A stretch of DNA of 64,000 nt. Origin: a bacterium. Lineage in GTDB: Bacteria; UBA8248. The translations under genes and the position numbers were made by a program. The notes beneath the pieces were generated by a model. The model had not been told where the DNA came from. It ran no database searches and worked only from the letters and a program-made list of their open reading frames with translations. This document shows positions 41,920-50,468 of this stretch, in pieces; within the stretch, counting starts at the first letter, position 1; each line of letters opens with the position of its first letter. The DNA is taken from NCBI GenBank assembly GCA_965213625.1, contig CBDBZU010000004.1:2368001-2432000 (forward strand), in the 5' to 3' direction.

Positions 41920-42519
41920 ATGTGGATATCCCCATTAAGGCTGAATGACGCGCAAGAACCCGCACGCGGCATACTCGAGGGCATCCGGGCGAAACGGGGC
42001 GCCGTGCCCAAGCTGCTGCTCACGATGGCGCGGCGCCCTAAGGTGCTGAACGGACGCCAGACGATGAACATGGCCGTCCACGGCGGCAATTCGACGCTGG
42101 GCCAGAGGCGCGAGGAGTTGATATCCTACTATGTCGCCACCATCGGCGGTTGCTATGGCTGAACGATGAACCATGGCCAGGCTTTCCGTGCTGAAAGCGG
42201 CGACGACGTAACGCTGGCCGACGTGGCCACCGTGGTGATGGACAGGGACAATTCCCCGGTTCTCGACGATGCGGACAAGGCGATGCTCGCCTTCGCCGAA
42301 AAACTCACGTTCGACCACTACGCCATGAGCGAGGCGGACCTGGACGAGCTGCGCGAGGTGGGCTTCAGTGATGAGAACGTGCTGGACATCATAGGCTCCG
42401 TCTCGTACCGGAACATGAGCAACCGGCTGAATCTCGCGCTCGGCCTCGATGCCGTCGAACCAGAAGGCCCAGACGAGTTGATGGAGGTAGTGCGCTTCTC
42501 CCGGACTGCGCGGGCGTAA
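41920..42519 (+). CDS. AhpD/CMD-like peroxidase-related protein, probable selenoprotein (TGA 42160-42162 = Sec, codon 81 of 199)
   Basis: Two ORFs in the same frame joined by a single TGA giving RREELI...GGC-Y-G-U-TMNHG; C-terminal half has AMLAFAEKLT, LREVGFSDE.V.DI, NMSNR; SECIS-like hairpin follows. Confidence 0.85.
42175..42201 (+). promoter_or_regulatory. Candidate bacterial SECIS element
   Basis: GCC-AG-GCTTTC[CGTGCT]GAAAGC-GGC; loop starts 24 nt after UGA and has GU at loop positions 2-3. Confidence 0.7.
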
Positions 42520-42638
42520 AAACGTACATCCATTTGCCGGCCGAGCAAGTCCGGGCCGGTGATTATCAGGCAATTGATTGCCACCGTTGATTTGCGGCCC
42601 GAAGCGGCCGCGAAACAAAGCAGAAAGGAAGAGATTCC

Positions 42639-43409
42639 ATGTCAGAGCTCACCATCCGTCCGCTGAACTGCGGCACCATTCACACGGATTACTCCAATAT
42701 GGTGTATTGGACGAACTTCGGGACGAAACTCGAGATTCCCTCGTTCATCTACATGATCGAGGGGGCGAAGGACCACGACGGCAAGGACGTGAAGGTCGTG
42801 GTCGACACCAGTTTCCTGGACCCCGAGCGCGGCGGCGCCCCGTGGCCCGCGAGCCGGGAACCCGGCCAGGGCGTTCGCGAGCAGTTAGAGGGCGCGGGCT
42901 GGAAGCCCGAGGATGTGGACATCCTCATCCTCACGCACCTCCATTGGGACCATTCCCAGAACTGCGACCTGTTCACCAACGCCATCAAATACGTGTGGGC
43001 GGAGGAGCTTCAATACTCCATGTGCCCGGTCGCGCTGCAGTCGAAACCATACGACGCGCCGATCCACCCCAACACGCGCTGGCCGGTGATCGCGCAGCAG
43101 GGCATCATCTTCGAGCCGATCTGGAAGGATAATTTCGAGATCGTGCCGGGCGTCACCTACTTCCACACGCCAGGCCACACGCCGGGGCATTGCTCGGTGG
43201 CCGTCGAGACGCGCGTGGGAACGTACGTCATCGCCGCCGACGTGATCCAGATTAACGAAGGCCTCGAGCGCCGCGTTCCCGCCGGCCAGATGTCGAGCAT
43301 GCGCGACGCGATGGACTCCATCCATAAGTGCATCGAACGGGCCACGAAGGAGGAGTACATTCTGCCCGGCCATGAGATTTCGGTGCTGGAGAAGGAAGTC
43401 TACCCGTAG
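42639..43409 (+). CDS. Metallo-beta-lactamase fold hydrolase, N-acyl homoserine lactonase family
   Basis: VDT, THLHWDHS, TPGHTPGH, AAD, LPGHE. Confidence 0.88.
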   Translation: MSELTIRPLNCGTIHTDYSNMVYWTNFGTKLEIPSFIYMIEGAKDHDGKDVKVVVDTSFLDPERGGAPWPASREPGQGVREQLEGAGWKPEDVDILILTHLHWDHSQNCDLFTNAIKYVWAEELQYSMCPVALQSKPYDAPIHPNTRWPVIAQQGIIFEPIWKDNFEIVPGVTYFHTPGHTPGHCSVAVETRVGTYVIAADVIQINEGLERRVPAGQMSSMRDAMDSIHKCIERATKEEYILPGHEISVLEKEVYP

Positions 43410-43463
43410 GAAGGGAAAATCCGGGCGCGGCGGCTGCGCGCCTTTGTTCAGGGAGGATTCACG

Positions 43464-43841
43464 ATGGCGATGAGCGAGCGGGGCAGGGCCTTGTACGAGG
43501 AGATGAAGGCGGCGCGCGGGTTTATCTACCCGGCGTATGAACTCCTGTGCGAGGTGGACCCCGAGTTATTGGAGAACTACGAGAACCTCAAGAACCACAT
43601 CATGAAGAAACAGGGCCCCTTTCATGAGAAATACAAGGAGCTCTTCATCGCGGTGGCGAGCGCCTCGCGCAACCCCTCCGATTTAGAGAGCATTAAGAAC
43701 CACCTGAAAAAAGCGCTGCAACTCGGCGCGACCGTCGAGGAGGCGACGGAGGCCCTCGAGTGCATGCTGCCCCCCTGCGGCATGACGGCGCTCGTGGCGG
43801 GCTGCACGCAGCTCAAAGAGGTGATCGACGAGGGATATTAG
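43464..43841 (+). CDS. Carboxymuconolactone decarboxylase (CMD) family protein
   Basis: DPELLE.Y, KYKELF, H...AL.LGAT.EE..EALE; GGAGG SD. Confidence 0.8.
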   Translation: MAMSERGRALYEEMKAARGFIYPAYELLCEVDPELLENYENLKNHIMKKQGPFHEKYKELFIAVASASRNPSDLESIKNHLKKALQLGATVEEATEALECMLPPCGMTALVAGCTQLKEVIDEGY

Positions 43842-43862
43842 GGCAGGACTGGAAGCATTCGA

Positions 43863-43897
43863 CCGGGGGAGCCTGAAAACTCCCCCGGGTTTTTTGT
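43863..43897 (+). terminator. Rho-independent terminator closing the LLM operon
   Basis: CCGGGGGAG-CCTGAAAA-CTCCCCCGG followed by GTTTTTTGT. Confidence 0.85.
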
Positions 43898-43949
43898 TGT
43901 GTGAGGGATGCCTTGCGAGCATGGAGTGACAGCTCCTCCTCGGGGTTGT

Positions 43950-44412
43950 CCCACAGACCTGCGTGTCCGCCCTACAGGATCATTTATCTCATCGCCCCGT
44001 GATATGGCGAAGACAAAAATCGGGCGGACACGCAGGTCCGCCCCTACACCATCATTTAGGTTCAAGGGCCACAGGGACAGGTCGCGATCTTGGACAGGCA
44101 CAGGGGCCTGTCCCTGCCGGCTCTCCCTTTTGGGGCTGTTGAAAAGGCCCGGTAAGCGAATTTGGGTTGCGCGCATGCCCTTGAAGTTCACTCCCCCCTT
44201 GAGGGGGAGTCAGCGCGGCAAGGACAATGTCCGCCGCCGCGCTGGTGGGGGGTAAAACGCGTTTATTGCCATTTCGAATTATACCCCCCACCGAATCGCT
44301 TTCGGGCTTACGCCCTCAGCTCTTCGTCGGCTTTCCCCTCGGGAAGCCGACCCTCAAGGGGGGAGTGAATTTCCTATCTCATTGGATTGTAATGACTCTC
44401 AAGGGGGGAGTG
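43950..44412. repeat. Composite intergenic repeat cluster
   Basis: REP-like ...CCCTAC hairpins, GGGGCTGTTGAAAAGGCCC end, CACTCCCCCCTTGAGGGGGAGTC...CTCAAGGGGGGAGTG palindromic element (44189-44367). Confidence 0.8.
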
Positions 44413-44490
44413 ATAAAAGCCTGCGCCAGACAACATCACAACACTAACCTGTCTCTTGTATTTCCTCCGGGAGTTGCGTGGTTATCATAA

Positions 44491-44513
44491 AAGATGTATA
44501 TTATATATATAAT
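44491..44513 (+). promoter_or_regulatory. Candidate NsrR operator
   Basis: AAGATGTAT-N5-ATATAT in a strongly AT-rich patch just upstream of the Rrf2 gene; left half matches GATGYAT, right half is degenerate. Confidence 0.55.
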
Positions 44514-44531
44514 ATATGGGAGAAACACTCG

Positions 44532-44972
44532 ATGAGGCTGACCGTTCAGACAGACTACGCTCTCAGGATGCTGATGCACCTGGCCTGCCGCGCCGATGCG
44601 CTGGTGACGATCCACGAGATTGCCGAGCGGTACGCGATATCGAAAAACCATCTGATGAAGGTCGCGCACGGGCTGGGCCGCGCGGGGTTCATCGAAACGG
44701 TACGCGGCCGCAGCGGCGGACTCAGGCTCGCACGGCCGGCGGAGGAGATTCCCGTCGGAGCCGTGGCGAGACGAACGGAGCGCGCCAGCGTCCTCGTCGA
44801 ATGCTTTCCGGGCGGCAACGGGGGGTGCCTGATTACGCCGCACTGCCGGCTCAAGAGCGTTCTGGAAGAAGCGCAGGAAGCCTTTTTCCGTGTTCTCGAC
44901 CGCTATTCCGTCCACGACTTGGTGAAACGCAATCCCGCGCTGCTCGACTTGCTCGTTGGAGACGCCGCATGA
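44532..44972 (+). CDS. nsrR: Rrf2 family regulator, NsrR-like
   Basis: MRLT..TDYALR.L, IS.NHL.KV, RGRSGG, three Cys in ECFPGGNGGCLITPHCRL. Confidence 0.8.
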   Translation: MRLTVQTDYALRMLMHLACRADALVTIHEIAERYAISKNHLMKVAHGLGRAGFIETVRGRSGGLRLARPAEEIPVGAVARRTERASVLVECFPGGNGGCLITPHCRLKSVLEEAQEAFFRVLDRYSVHDLVKRNPALLDLLVGDAA

Positions 44973-45418
44973 ACACGAATCATCTCAAAATCGTGGGAGA
45001 ACGACGGGCCGGAATCCAGGCGAAAGCCGCCGCGATGGGGATCGATGAGGCGTACGTCTCCGAACTCGTGAATACCTTCTACAGCCGCATCCGGGAAGAC
45101 CGGCTCCTCGGGCCGATTTTCGATGAGGCCATTGGCGACAGATGGGGGCTTCATCTCGAGAAGATGAAGGATTTCTGGGCGACGGTGGCCTTGGGCGCCG
45201 GGCGCTACTCGGGAGAACCGATACCGGCCCACAAGAAACTCGTGGAAGTCCGGCCCCGGCATTTCGACGACTGGCTCGAACTGTTCGAGGAAACCCTGAA
45301 GGACACGGCGCCGACGCCGGAGGCTGTCGCCTATTTCATGGGGCACGCCAGGCAGATAGGGCGAGGGCTGCAGATCGCGATGTTCGGCGCATCAGGTCTC
45401 GGGAGGGCAGGCGCATGA
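44969..45418 (+). CDS. Group III truncated hemoglobin (trHbP)
   Basis: LV.TFY..IR.D.LLGPIF, W..HL.KM.DFW, Y.G.P...H, F..WL.LF; ATGA overlap with Rrf2. Confidence 0.88.
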   Translation: MNTNHLKIVGERRAGIQAKAAAMGIDEAYVSELVNTFYSRIREDRLLGPIFDEAIGDRWGLHLEKMKDFWATVALGAGRYSGEPIPAHKKLVEVRPRHFDDWLELFEETLKDTAPTPEAVAYFMGHARQIGRGLQIAMFGASGLGRAGA

Positions 45419-45708
45419 GCGAGAGCATTCCTGAAGGATTCGTCAAATACTACGAAAGCATAATCTTCACCGAGGCGACCGTACCCGAAAAACTTCTGAC
45501 CCTGCACGATACGAAACCGGGCGTCTGGGCGCGAATCGTGGTTCTCGAGGGCAGCCTCGACTATGTCATCCCGGGTGCGCCCGAGCGGAACCGCCGCCTG
45601 GATACCGGAGATGTCGGTATTATCCGGCCCACTGAGGCGCACCGCGTGGAACTCCTCGGAATGGTGCGGTTCCAGGTGGAGTTTTACCGGCCCGAGGAAG
45701 AGGGCTAG
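45415..45708 (+). CDS. DUF1971 (YeaR/TehB N-terminal-like) cupin protein
   Basis: FTE..VP..L...HDTKPGVW..I.V.EG.L.Y, P...HRV, FQVEFY. Confidence 0.8.
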   Translation: MSESIPEGFVKYYESIIFTEATVPEKLLTLHDTKPGVWARIVVLEGSLDYVIPGAPERNRRLDTGDVGIIRPTEAHRVELLGMVRFQVEFYRPEEEG

Positions 45709-45751
45709 CAGGGGCGGCGCGTGAACCGCCCTTACAGACCCAACCCTTCAC

Positions 45752-46957
45752 TCACCCGTTGCAATGCGCCACTGTGGCGGTGGCGAACATGCCGGCGGCA
45801 TCGACGAGGTTCTGAGCGGGCACGCGCTCGTTCGGCAGATGGGCCTCCGAGATGAACTCGCCGGGGCCGAAGAAAACGCCCGGAACCCCGTTCTCGATGA
45901 AGAGCCTGAGCGCGCCCGGAGACTCGATACCGGGCAGGAATTCGTTCGGCGTCCCCCGCACGGCGGGGACGACTCGCTCCATGAGCTGCACGACGGGCTC
46001 ATCCTCGGCGATTTCCGTGACTTCGCGCGCGCCGCTCGGCATGATCTCCACCGACGCGTCGAATTCGGGGTCGTCCGCCGCGAGTTCTGCGAGAATACCC
46101 TCGAGCTTCTCCTTGACGCCCGCTGAGGTCTGTCCGGGCAGCATGCGCACGTCGAAGGTGGCGCTGCAGCGACCGCCCACGACGTTCACCGCGGAACCCC
46201 CGTTGATGGTGGAGAAAGCCAGCGTGCCCGGACCCAGGAAAGGATGCGGCGGAGGCGCGATGCGTTCTGCCTTGAAGGCGTCGATGATTTTCGCCATCTT
46301 CTCGATGGCGTTGACGCCCTTATCGGGCACGCTTACGTGGACGGAGCGGCCCTGCACCTTGACCTCGAAGAACACCCGCCCCTTGAAGGAGCGGATGATG
46401 TTGTTGCCCGTCGATTCGGTGTAGAGCACCATGTCGCCGCCCAGTTCCCTGAAAACGCCGTTGTTCACGAGTGATTGCGCGCCGTAGTAATCGCCCTTCT
46501 CGCCGTCCGATAGCAGGACCCAGGTGAGGGTGCCGTTTATGGTGATGTTCTCATCCTTGAGCGCTTTCAGCGCGCCGATGGTCGAGGCCAGCGCGCCCTT
46601 CATATCGGCGGCGCCGCGCCCCCAGATTTCGCCGTTTTTGAGTTCGCCGCTGAAGGGGGGAACCTCCCATGCGTCCACTTCTTCTGGGTGGACGGGCACG
46701 GTGTCCATGTGGCCGCCGATGACGAAGTGACCGCCCGGGCCGCCGTCTCCCGTGCGGATGATGAAGTTGGGCATCCCCGACTCGTATTCGTAGGTGGTGA
46801 TATCACCTGCGCCGATGGCTTTGAGCTCCGCGAGGATGCGCTCGGCCATGTCGGAGCAGTCGCCGGGCGGGTTTTCCGCGGGTATGCGAATCAAATCCTG
46901 CGCGAGACTGACGACGTAGTCCCCATCCACGGGAACGGGGGTGATGGCGTTACTCAT
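45752..46957 (-). CDS. M20 family (ArgE/DapE-like) amidohydrolase
   Basis: GHMDTVP, GRGAADMKG, DGEKG, FDVR.LPG, AHLPNE. Confidence 0.88.
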   Translation of the reverse strand: MSNAITPVPVDGDYVVSLAQDLIRIPAENPPGDCSDMAERILAELKAIGAGDITTYEYESGMPNFIIRTGDGGPGGHFVIGGHMDTVPVHPEEVDAWEVPPFSGELKNGEIWGRGAADMKGALASTIGALKALKDENITINGTLTWVLLSDGEKGDYYGAQSLVNNGVFRELGGDMVLYTESTGNNIIRSFKGRVFFEVKVQGRSVHVSVPDKGVNAIEKMAKIIDAFKAERIAPPPHPFLGPGTLAFSTINGGSAVNVVGGRCSATFDVRMLPGQTSAGVKEKLEGILAELAADDPEFDASVEIMPSGAREVTEIAEDEPVVQLMERVVPAVRGTPNEFLPGIESPGALRLFIENGVPGVFFGPGEFISEAHLPNERVPAQNLVDAAGMFATATVAHCNG

Positions 46958-47032
46958 GAAAAACTCCTTTCCAATCGAAAAATTCATTCACACAAAGCTC
47001 CGAGGGACGAGAATGTCCGCCCGGGTCGCAAT

Positions 47033-48217
47033 CTACAAATTGAGCGCCAGGCGGCTCACGGTGATTTCGGTTTCCTCCAGAATTTCCGCCCGCGTCGTTT
47101 TTCCGCTCAGAACGGCCGTCAACTCCTCGTGCAGGAGGCCCACGGCTTGATCCTTGGATATCTCGCCGCGCATGACGCCGCTGATGTCGAGATCGGTGTT
47201 CTCCGCCATGCGCGCCGCCGTCCGGGGATTGGCCGTCACCTTGATGGTGGGGGAGACGGGGTGCCCGATGGGGTTTCCATTGCCTGTGTTGAAGACGATG
47301 GCCTGCGACCCGCACGCGGCCAGCGCCGTGACGTTCTCGACCCCGGCGCTCGGCGCGTCGAGGAACACGCAGCCGCGCTCCTTCGTCAACTCGCCGGGAA
47401 CGATGACGTCGGCGATATCGCGCGTACCCGCTTTTTTCACCGCGCCCAGGCTTTTTTCTTCAATCGAGGAGAGACCGCCCTGAATGTTGTCCTCGGTCGG
47501 GTTGCAGCCGATGATGTCCATGCCCATCTCATGCGCGTAGTCCATCGTGCGCGCAACCGCTCCCAGGAGTTTTTTGCGCACCTTGGCGCTCGCCGCCCGC
47601 TTTGCGAGAAGGTGCTCCGCGCCGACGATCTCCATGGTCTCTGAAAATAGCACGACGCCGCCCGCGTCCACGATCCTGTCCGCCAGGACGCCGGTGACCG
47701 GGTTCGCCACAAGGCCGCTCGTGGTGTCCGAGCCGCCGCATTCAGTGCCCAGGGTGACCTCGGACAGATTGCACCTTTGCCGCCTCGCCGCGCTCAGGTG
47801 GCCGTACAGCTTCTGGGCGATCTCCACCCCCCGGCTCGCCGTCTGGAGCGTGCCGCCCGTCTCGTGGATGGTCAAGGTCTCGATAGGCATCCACGGCGAG
47901 GCTTCCGCCGCCACGTCGGCCAGGTCCTGTGCGCTCTTGGGCTCCAGGCTCACGACGATGGCCGCGCCCACGTTCGGGTGACCCGCCGTGCGGCCCATCA
48001 CCCGGTAGTGCTGCCTCTCGTCCTCGCCGAACAGGTTTCTGCCAAAGGTGGTGTTCACGACGACCGCCTCGCGCACGAGTTTCCCGATACGCCGCGCGAG
48101 GGGGTTGGCGTTGTCCATCGCGCTCACGATGACGAGGTGGTTCCGCGCACCGGGCGGCCCGCTCGGACGCCTGAAGCCCATGAAGGTGTTGCTCGGCTTT
48201 TTTCTCGGCAATCTCAT
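47033..48217 (-). CDS. UxaA/SuyB-family hydro-lyase large subunit
   Basis: GFRRP.G..GARN, HPNVGA, ECGGSD..SG..ANP, FSET.E..GAE, GGLSSIEEKSLG. Confidence 0.85.
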   Translation of the reverse strand: MRLPRKKPSNTFMGFRRPSGPPGARNHLVIVSAMDNANPLARRIGKLVREAVVVNTTFGRNLFGEDERQHYRVMGRTAGHPNVGAAIVVSLEPKSAQDLADVAAEASPWMPIETLTIHETGGTLQTASRGVEIAQKLYGHLSAARRQRCNLSEVTLGTECGGSDTTSGLVANPVTGVLADRIVDAGGVVLFSETMEIVGAEHLLAKRAASAKVRKKLLGAVARTMDYAHEMGMDIIGCNPTEDNIQGGLSSIEEKSLGAVKKAGTRDIADVIVPGELTKERGCVFLDAPSAGVENVTALAACGSQAIVFNTGNGNPIGHPVSPTIKVTANPRTAARMAENTDLDISGVMRGEISKDQAVGLLHEELTAVLSGKTTRAEILEETEITVSRLALNL

Positions 48218-48255
48218 TCTCCCGTATTGGTGTAAAAGCCTTGGAGCCGTGCTCT

Positions 48256-49095
48256 TTAATCGTCAAACGGCGCTGGGCGGTGGTGTACGTTCACCTCGCG
48301 CGTCTTGATGTATTCGATGACGCCGATGAGACGTTCCACCACGGCCTCGTGGAAGGCGCGCCCTTTCTCCGGGGTGGCTTGGGTCGGGTCGCCGGATTGT
48401 CCCTGATCGCCGATCTCGGCCCGGTATTCGCTCACCGTCTTGGGGTAGAAAAAGCGCGGCGCGTCCACCGCCGGGTCCGAAATATGGTGCCCCGTCATCC
48501 ACTCGGGGTTGGGGTTCGAGTTCTTAGGCTCAGCTTTTTCCATGTCGACCAGGTGGGGATACATGTGGAGCGCGTGCGAGGCTTCCAGCTCGCACGCGTG
48601 GCCCTGTCCGCCGGGGGGCGTGGTCCTGATATCCGCAATCCTGTCGAAGGCGATGATGCCGACGTCCACGATGGCGAGCGCCGCTCCCGTTTTCTGCCGC
48701 ATCTGGTTCACGGCGATCTCGAGCGGCGCCAGGTTGGCCCGCCTGTGTCCGTTCACCAGGATCACGCGGTTGAAGCCGTGGTAGAGGAGGCTGCTCATGA
48801 TATCGGTCACGACGGCTGTCAGGGTCTCGGGTCTCAGCGTAACCGTGCCCTTAAGCGCCATGTGGTTGTTGGTCCAGCCGTACCAGAGGGTGGGGTAGAC
48901 CAGAACGCCCGCCCGCTGCCCTGCGTCCTGCGCGACGTGGTGGGCGGCGAGCGCGTCGTGGCCCATGGGCATGTGCGGGCCGTGCTGCTCTATGCTACCC
49001 ACGGGCAGGATGACCAGATCGTTTCCCGAATCCAGGTAATCGCGCACCTCGCGCCAGCTTTTCTCATGCGCCCAGGGAGTTTCGGCGGTATCCAT
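48256..49095 (-). CDS. Creatininase / mycofactocin MftE-like family amidohydrolase
   Basis: LPVGSIEQHGPH.P...D, NGH..N, GHACELEAS, GDP..AT.EKG. Confidence 0.88.
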   Translation of the reverse strand: MDTAETPWAHEKSWREVRDYLDSGNDLVILPVGSIEQHGPHMPMGHDALAAHHVAQDAGQRAGVLVYPTLWYGWTNNHMALKGTVTLRPETLTAVVTDIMSSLLYHGFNRVILVNGHRRANLAPLEIAVNQMRQKTGAALAIVDVGIIAFDRIADIRTTPPGGQGHACELEASHALHMYPHLVDMEKAEPKNSNPNPEWMTGHHISDPAVDAPRFFYPKTVSEYRAEIGDQGQSGDPTQATPEKGRAFHEAVVERLIGVIEYIKTREVNVHHRPAPFDD

Positions 49096-49115
49096 GGCTT
49101 TTCTCCTCTCGTGTG

Positions 49116-49406
49116 GGGGTTATTGAAAAACCCCTCGTCGGGTTTCCCTGCAATACAGCCTTCCCGTCTCCCTCATCCTGAGTAGCGGCCCCTCGACTTC
49201 GCTCGGGACAAGCTCCGCCCCCACCTTCCTCATCCTGAGTAGCCGCCGAAGGTGGCGTATCGAAGGGTGCCTTCTCGCTTGTCACGAGGCGCCTCCCATC
49301 CTTCGATACGGCGCTTGCGCGCCTACTCAGGATGAGGCTTTGTTGCGGCGTGCGCCGCGTGCCCCGTCATATGTCCGATCTCGAAACCGGCTTTTTCAAC
49401 AACCCC
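49116..49406. mobile_element. MITE-like shell carrying TCATCCTGAGTAG palindromes
   Basis: GGGGTTATTGAAAAA...TTTTTCAACAACCCC termini; two CTCATCCTGAGTAGC copies and CTACTCAGGATGAG; no clear target duplication. Confidence 0.7.
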
Positions 49407-49417
49407 CTGGGGTTTCA

Positions 49418-49750
49418 CTAAAACAAAAGGCTCCGCAAGCCCGGAAACAGCATGAATACGCAAACGCCCGCGCCGAGGCCCGCGAGCAGGTTTTTTCCCG
49501 CAGCATAGAAGACGCCCACGCAGACCGCCAGCCCCGCGAGGCGGTCGATGAGGTGTGATTCCGCGAGGGCGCCGCCGGGCAGCAGGATGATCTTCATCAT
49601 CAGGCCGGTGGCGATGGCGTAGGCCACGCAGGTCACCCACTCGAAGATGGGGCTGTCGTCCTCAATCCGGCCCGCGATGAGGACGCCCATCCACCGCCAC
49701 GAATAGGTGCAGACGATGGCGATTCCCAATAAAATCGCGGCGTCAGGCAT
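49418..49750 (-). CDS. AzlD-like membrane protein
   Basis: Small and hydrophobic, TY.WR..G motif, overlaps the AzlC-like gene. Confidence 0.75.
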   Translation of the reverse strand: MPDAAILLGIAIVCTYSWRWMGVLIAGRIEDDSPIFEWVTCVAYAIATGLMMKIILLPGGALAESHLIDRLAGLAVCVGVFYAAGKNLLAGLGAGVCVFMLFPGLRSLLF

Positions 49751-50468
49751 CCTTCTTCCTCATTCTCCCGAACCAGAAGGCGAGCGTTCCGGCCAGGACG
49801 CCGCCCGTGAGGAGCCCCCAGTCGGTGGAGACCGTATACCCCAGCGGCACGAGAACGCAGCCGAGCACCACCGAGGTCAGAACTGAGCGCTGGCTGCTCC
49901 GGGCGGCCAGCAGCAGCATGAAGAGCGGCGTGATGAGCATGAGCGCCCGCGCGATGAGGCCGGGCATCCTGGAGGCCATCGTGTATCCGAACGCGGTGCC
50001 CAGAAGCCCCATGGACATGCAGGCGGTCGTGAAGCCGAAGAAATAAGCCGTGCGCAGGCGCTTCTCCTGGACGTGGCGGCACATCTCGACGATCTGGACG
50101 AAGGAGGTGACCGAGTTGACGTGGGCCATCCAGAAATGCGCGGTCTCTACGCCCGGCCGTTTCCGCAGCAAGGGCATGGTTGCGATGGTGAGCGGGAACA
50201 TCCGCACGTTGGCGATGGTGACCGAGGCGATGAGCGCGACACCCCCGACGCCTGTGGCGAAAAGCTCCACGAAGGCCACCTGGCCCGGCGTGCTCCACAT
50301 GCCGCCCGTCATGCCCAGTGCGATCAGGAGCGAGACGCCGCTGTCCCTGGCGAGTGCGCCGAAGCCCGACATGGCGGCGAAAAGCCCGATGCCGGGCGCC
50401 TGGGTGCAATGTTTCGCCCCCTGGCGGAAATACGCCCCCCAGGTTTTTTCGGTGCGTCGAAAATCCAT
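49743..50468 (-). CDS. AzlC family membrane protein
   Basis: GFGALA..SG, W..PGQV, N.R.FP; TGATG overlap with the threonine synthase stop. Confidence 0.8.
   Translation of the reverse strand: MDFRRTEKTWGAYFRQGAKHCTQAPGIGLFAAMSGFGALARDSGVSLLIALGMTGGMWSTPGQVAFVELFATGVGGVALIASVTIANVRMFPLTIATMPLLRKRPGVETAHFWMAHVNSVTSFVQIVEMCRHVQEKRLRTAYFFGFTTACMSMGLLGTAFGYTMASRMPGLIARALMLITPLFMLLLAARSSQRSVLTSVVLGCVLVPLGYTVSTDWGLLTGGVLAGTLAFWFGRMRKKDA

Noticed and set aside
41920-42519. Pseudogene, or two separate small genes as in the ORF track
   Set aside because: The stop falls exactly on the redox-motif position, both halves look intact and in frame, the second ATG lacks an SD, and a SECIS-like hairpin follows. 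Recoding is the simpler explanation, though unproven.
43950-44412. CRISPR array (also considered for the other repeat clusters)
   Set aside because: The repeats are inverted and nested, not regularly spaced direct repeats with unique spacers, and there are no cas genes.
49112-49410. Target-site duplications at the 49116 and 53472 elements
   Set aside because: The flanking 4-mers differ (TGTG/CTGG and ATGC/ATCA), so a TSD is claimed only for the 20569 element.
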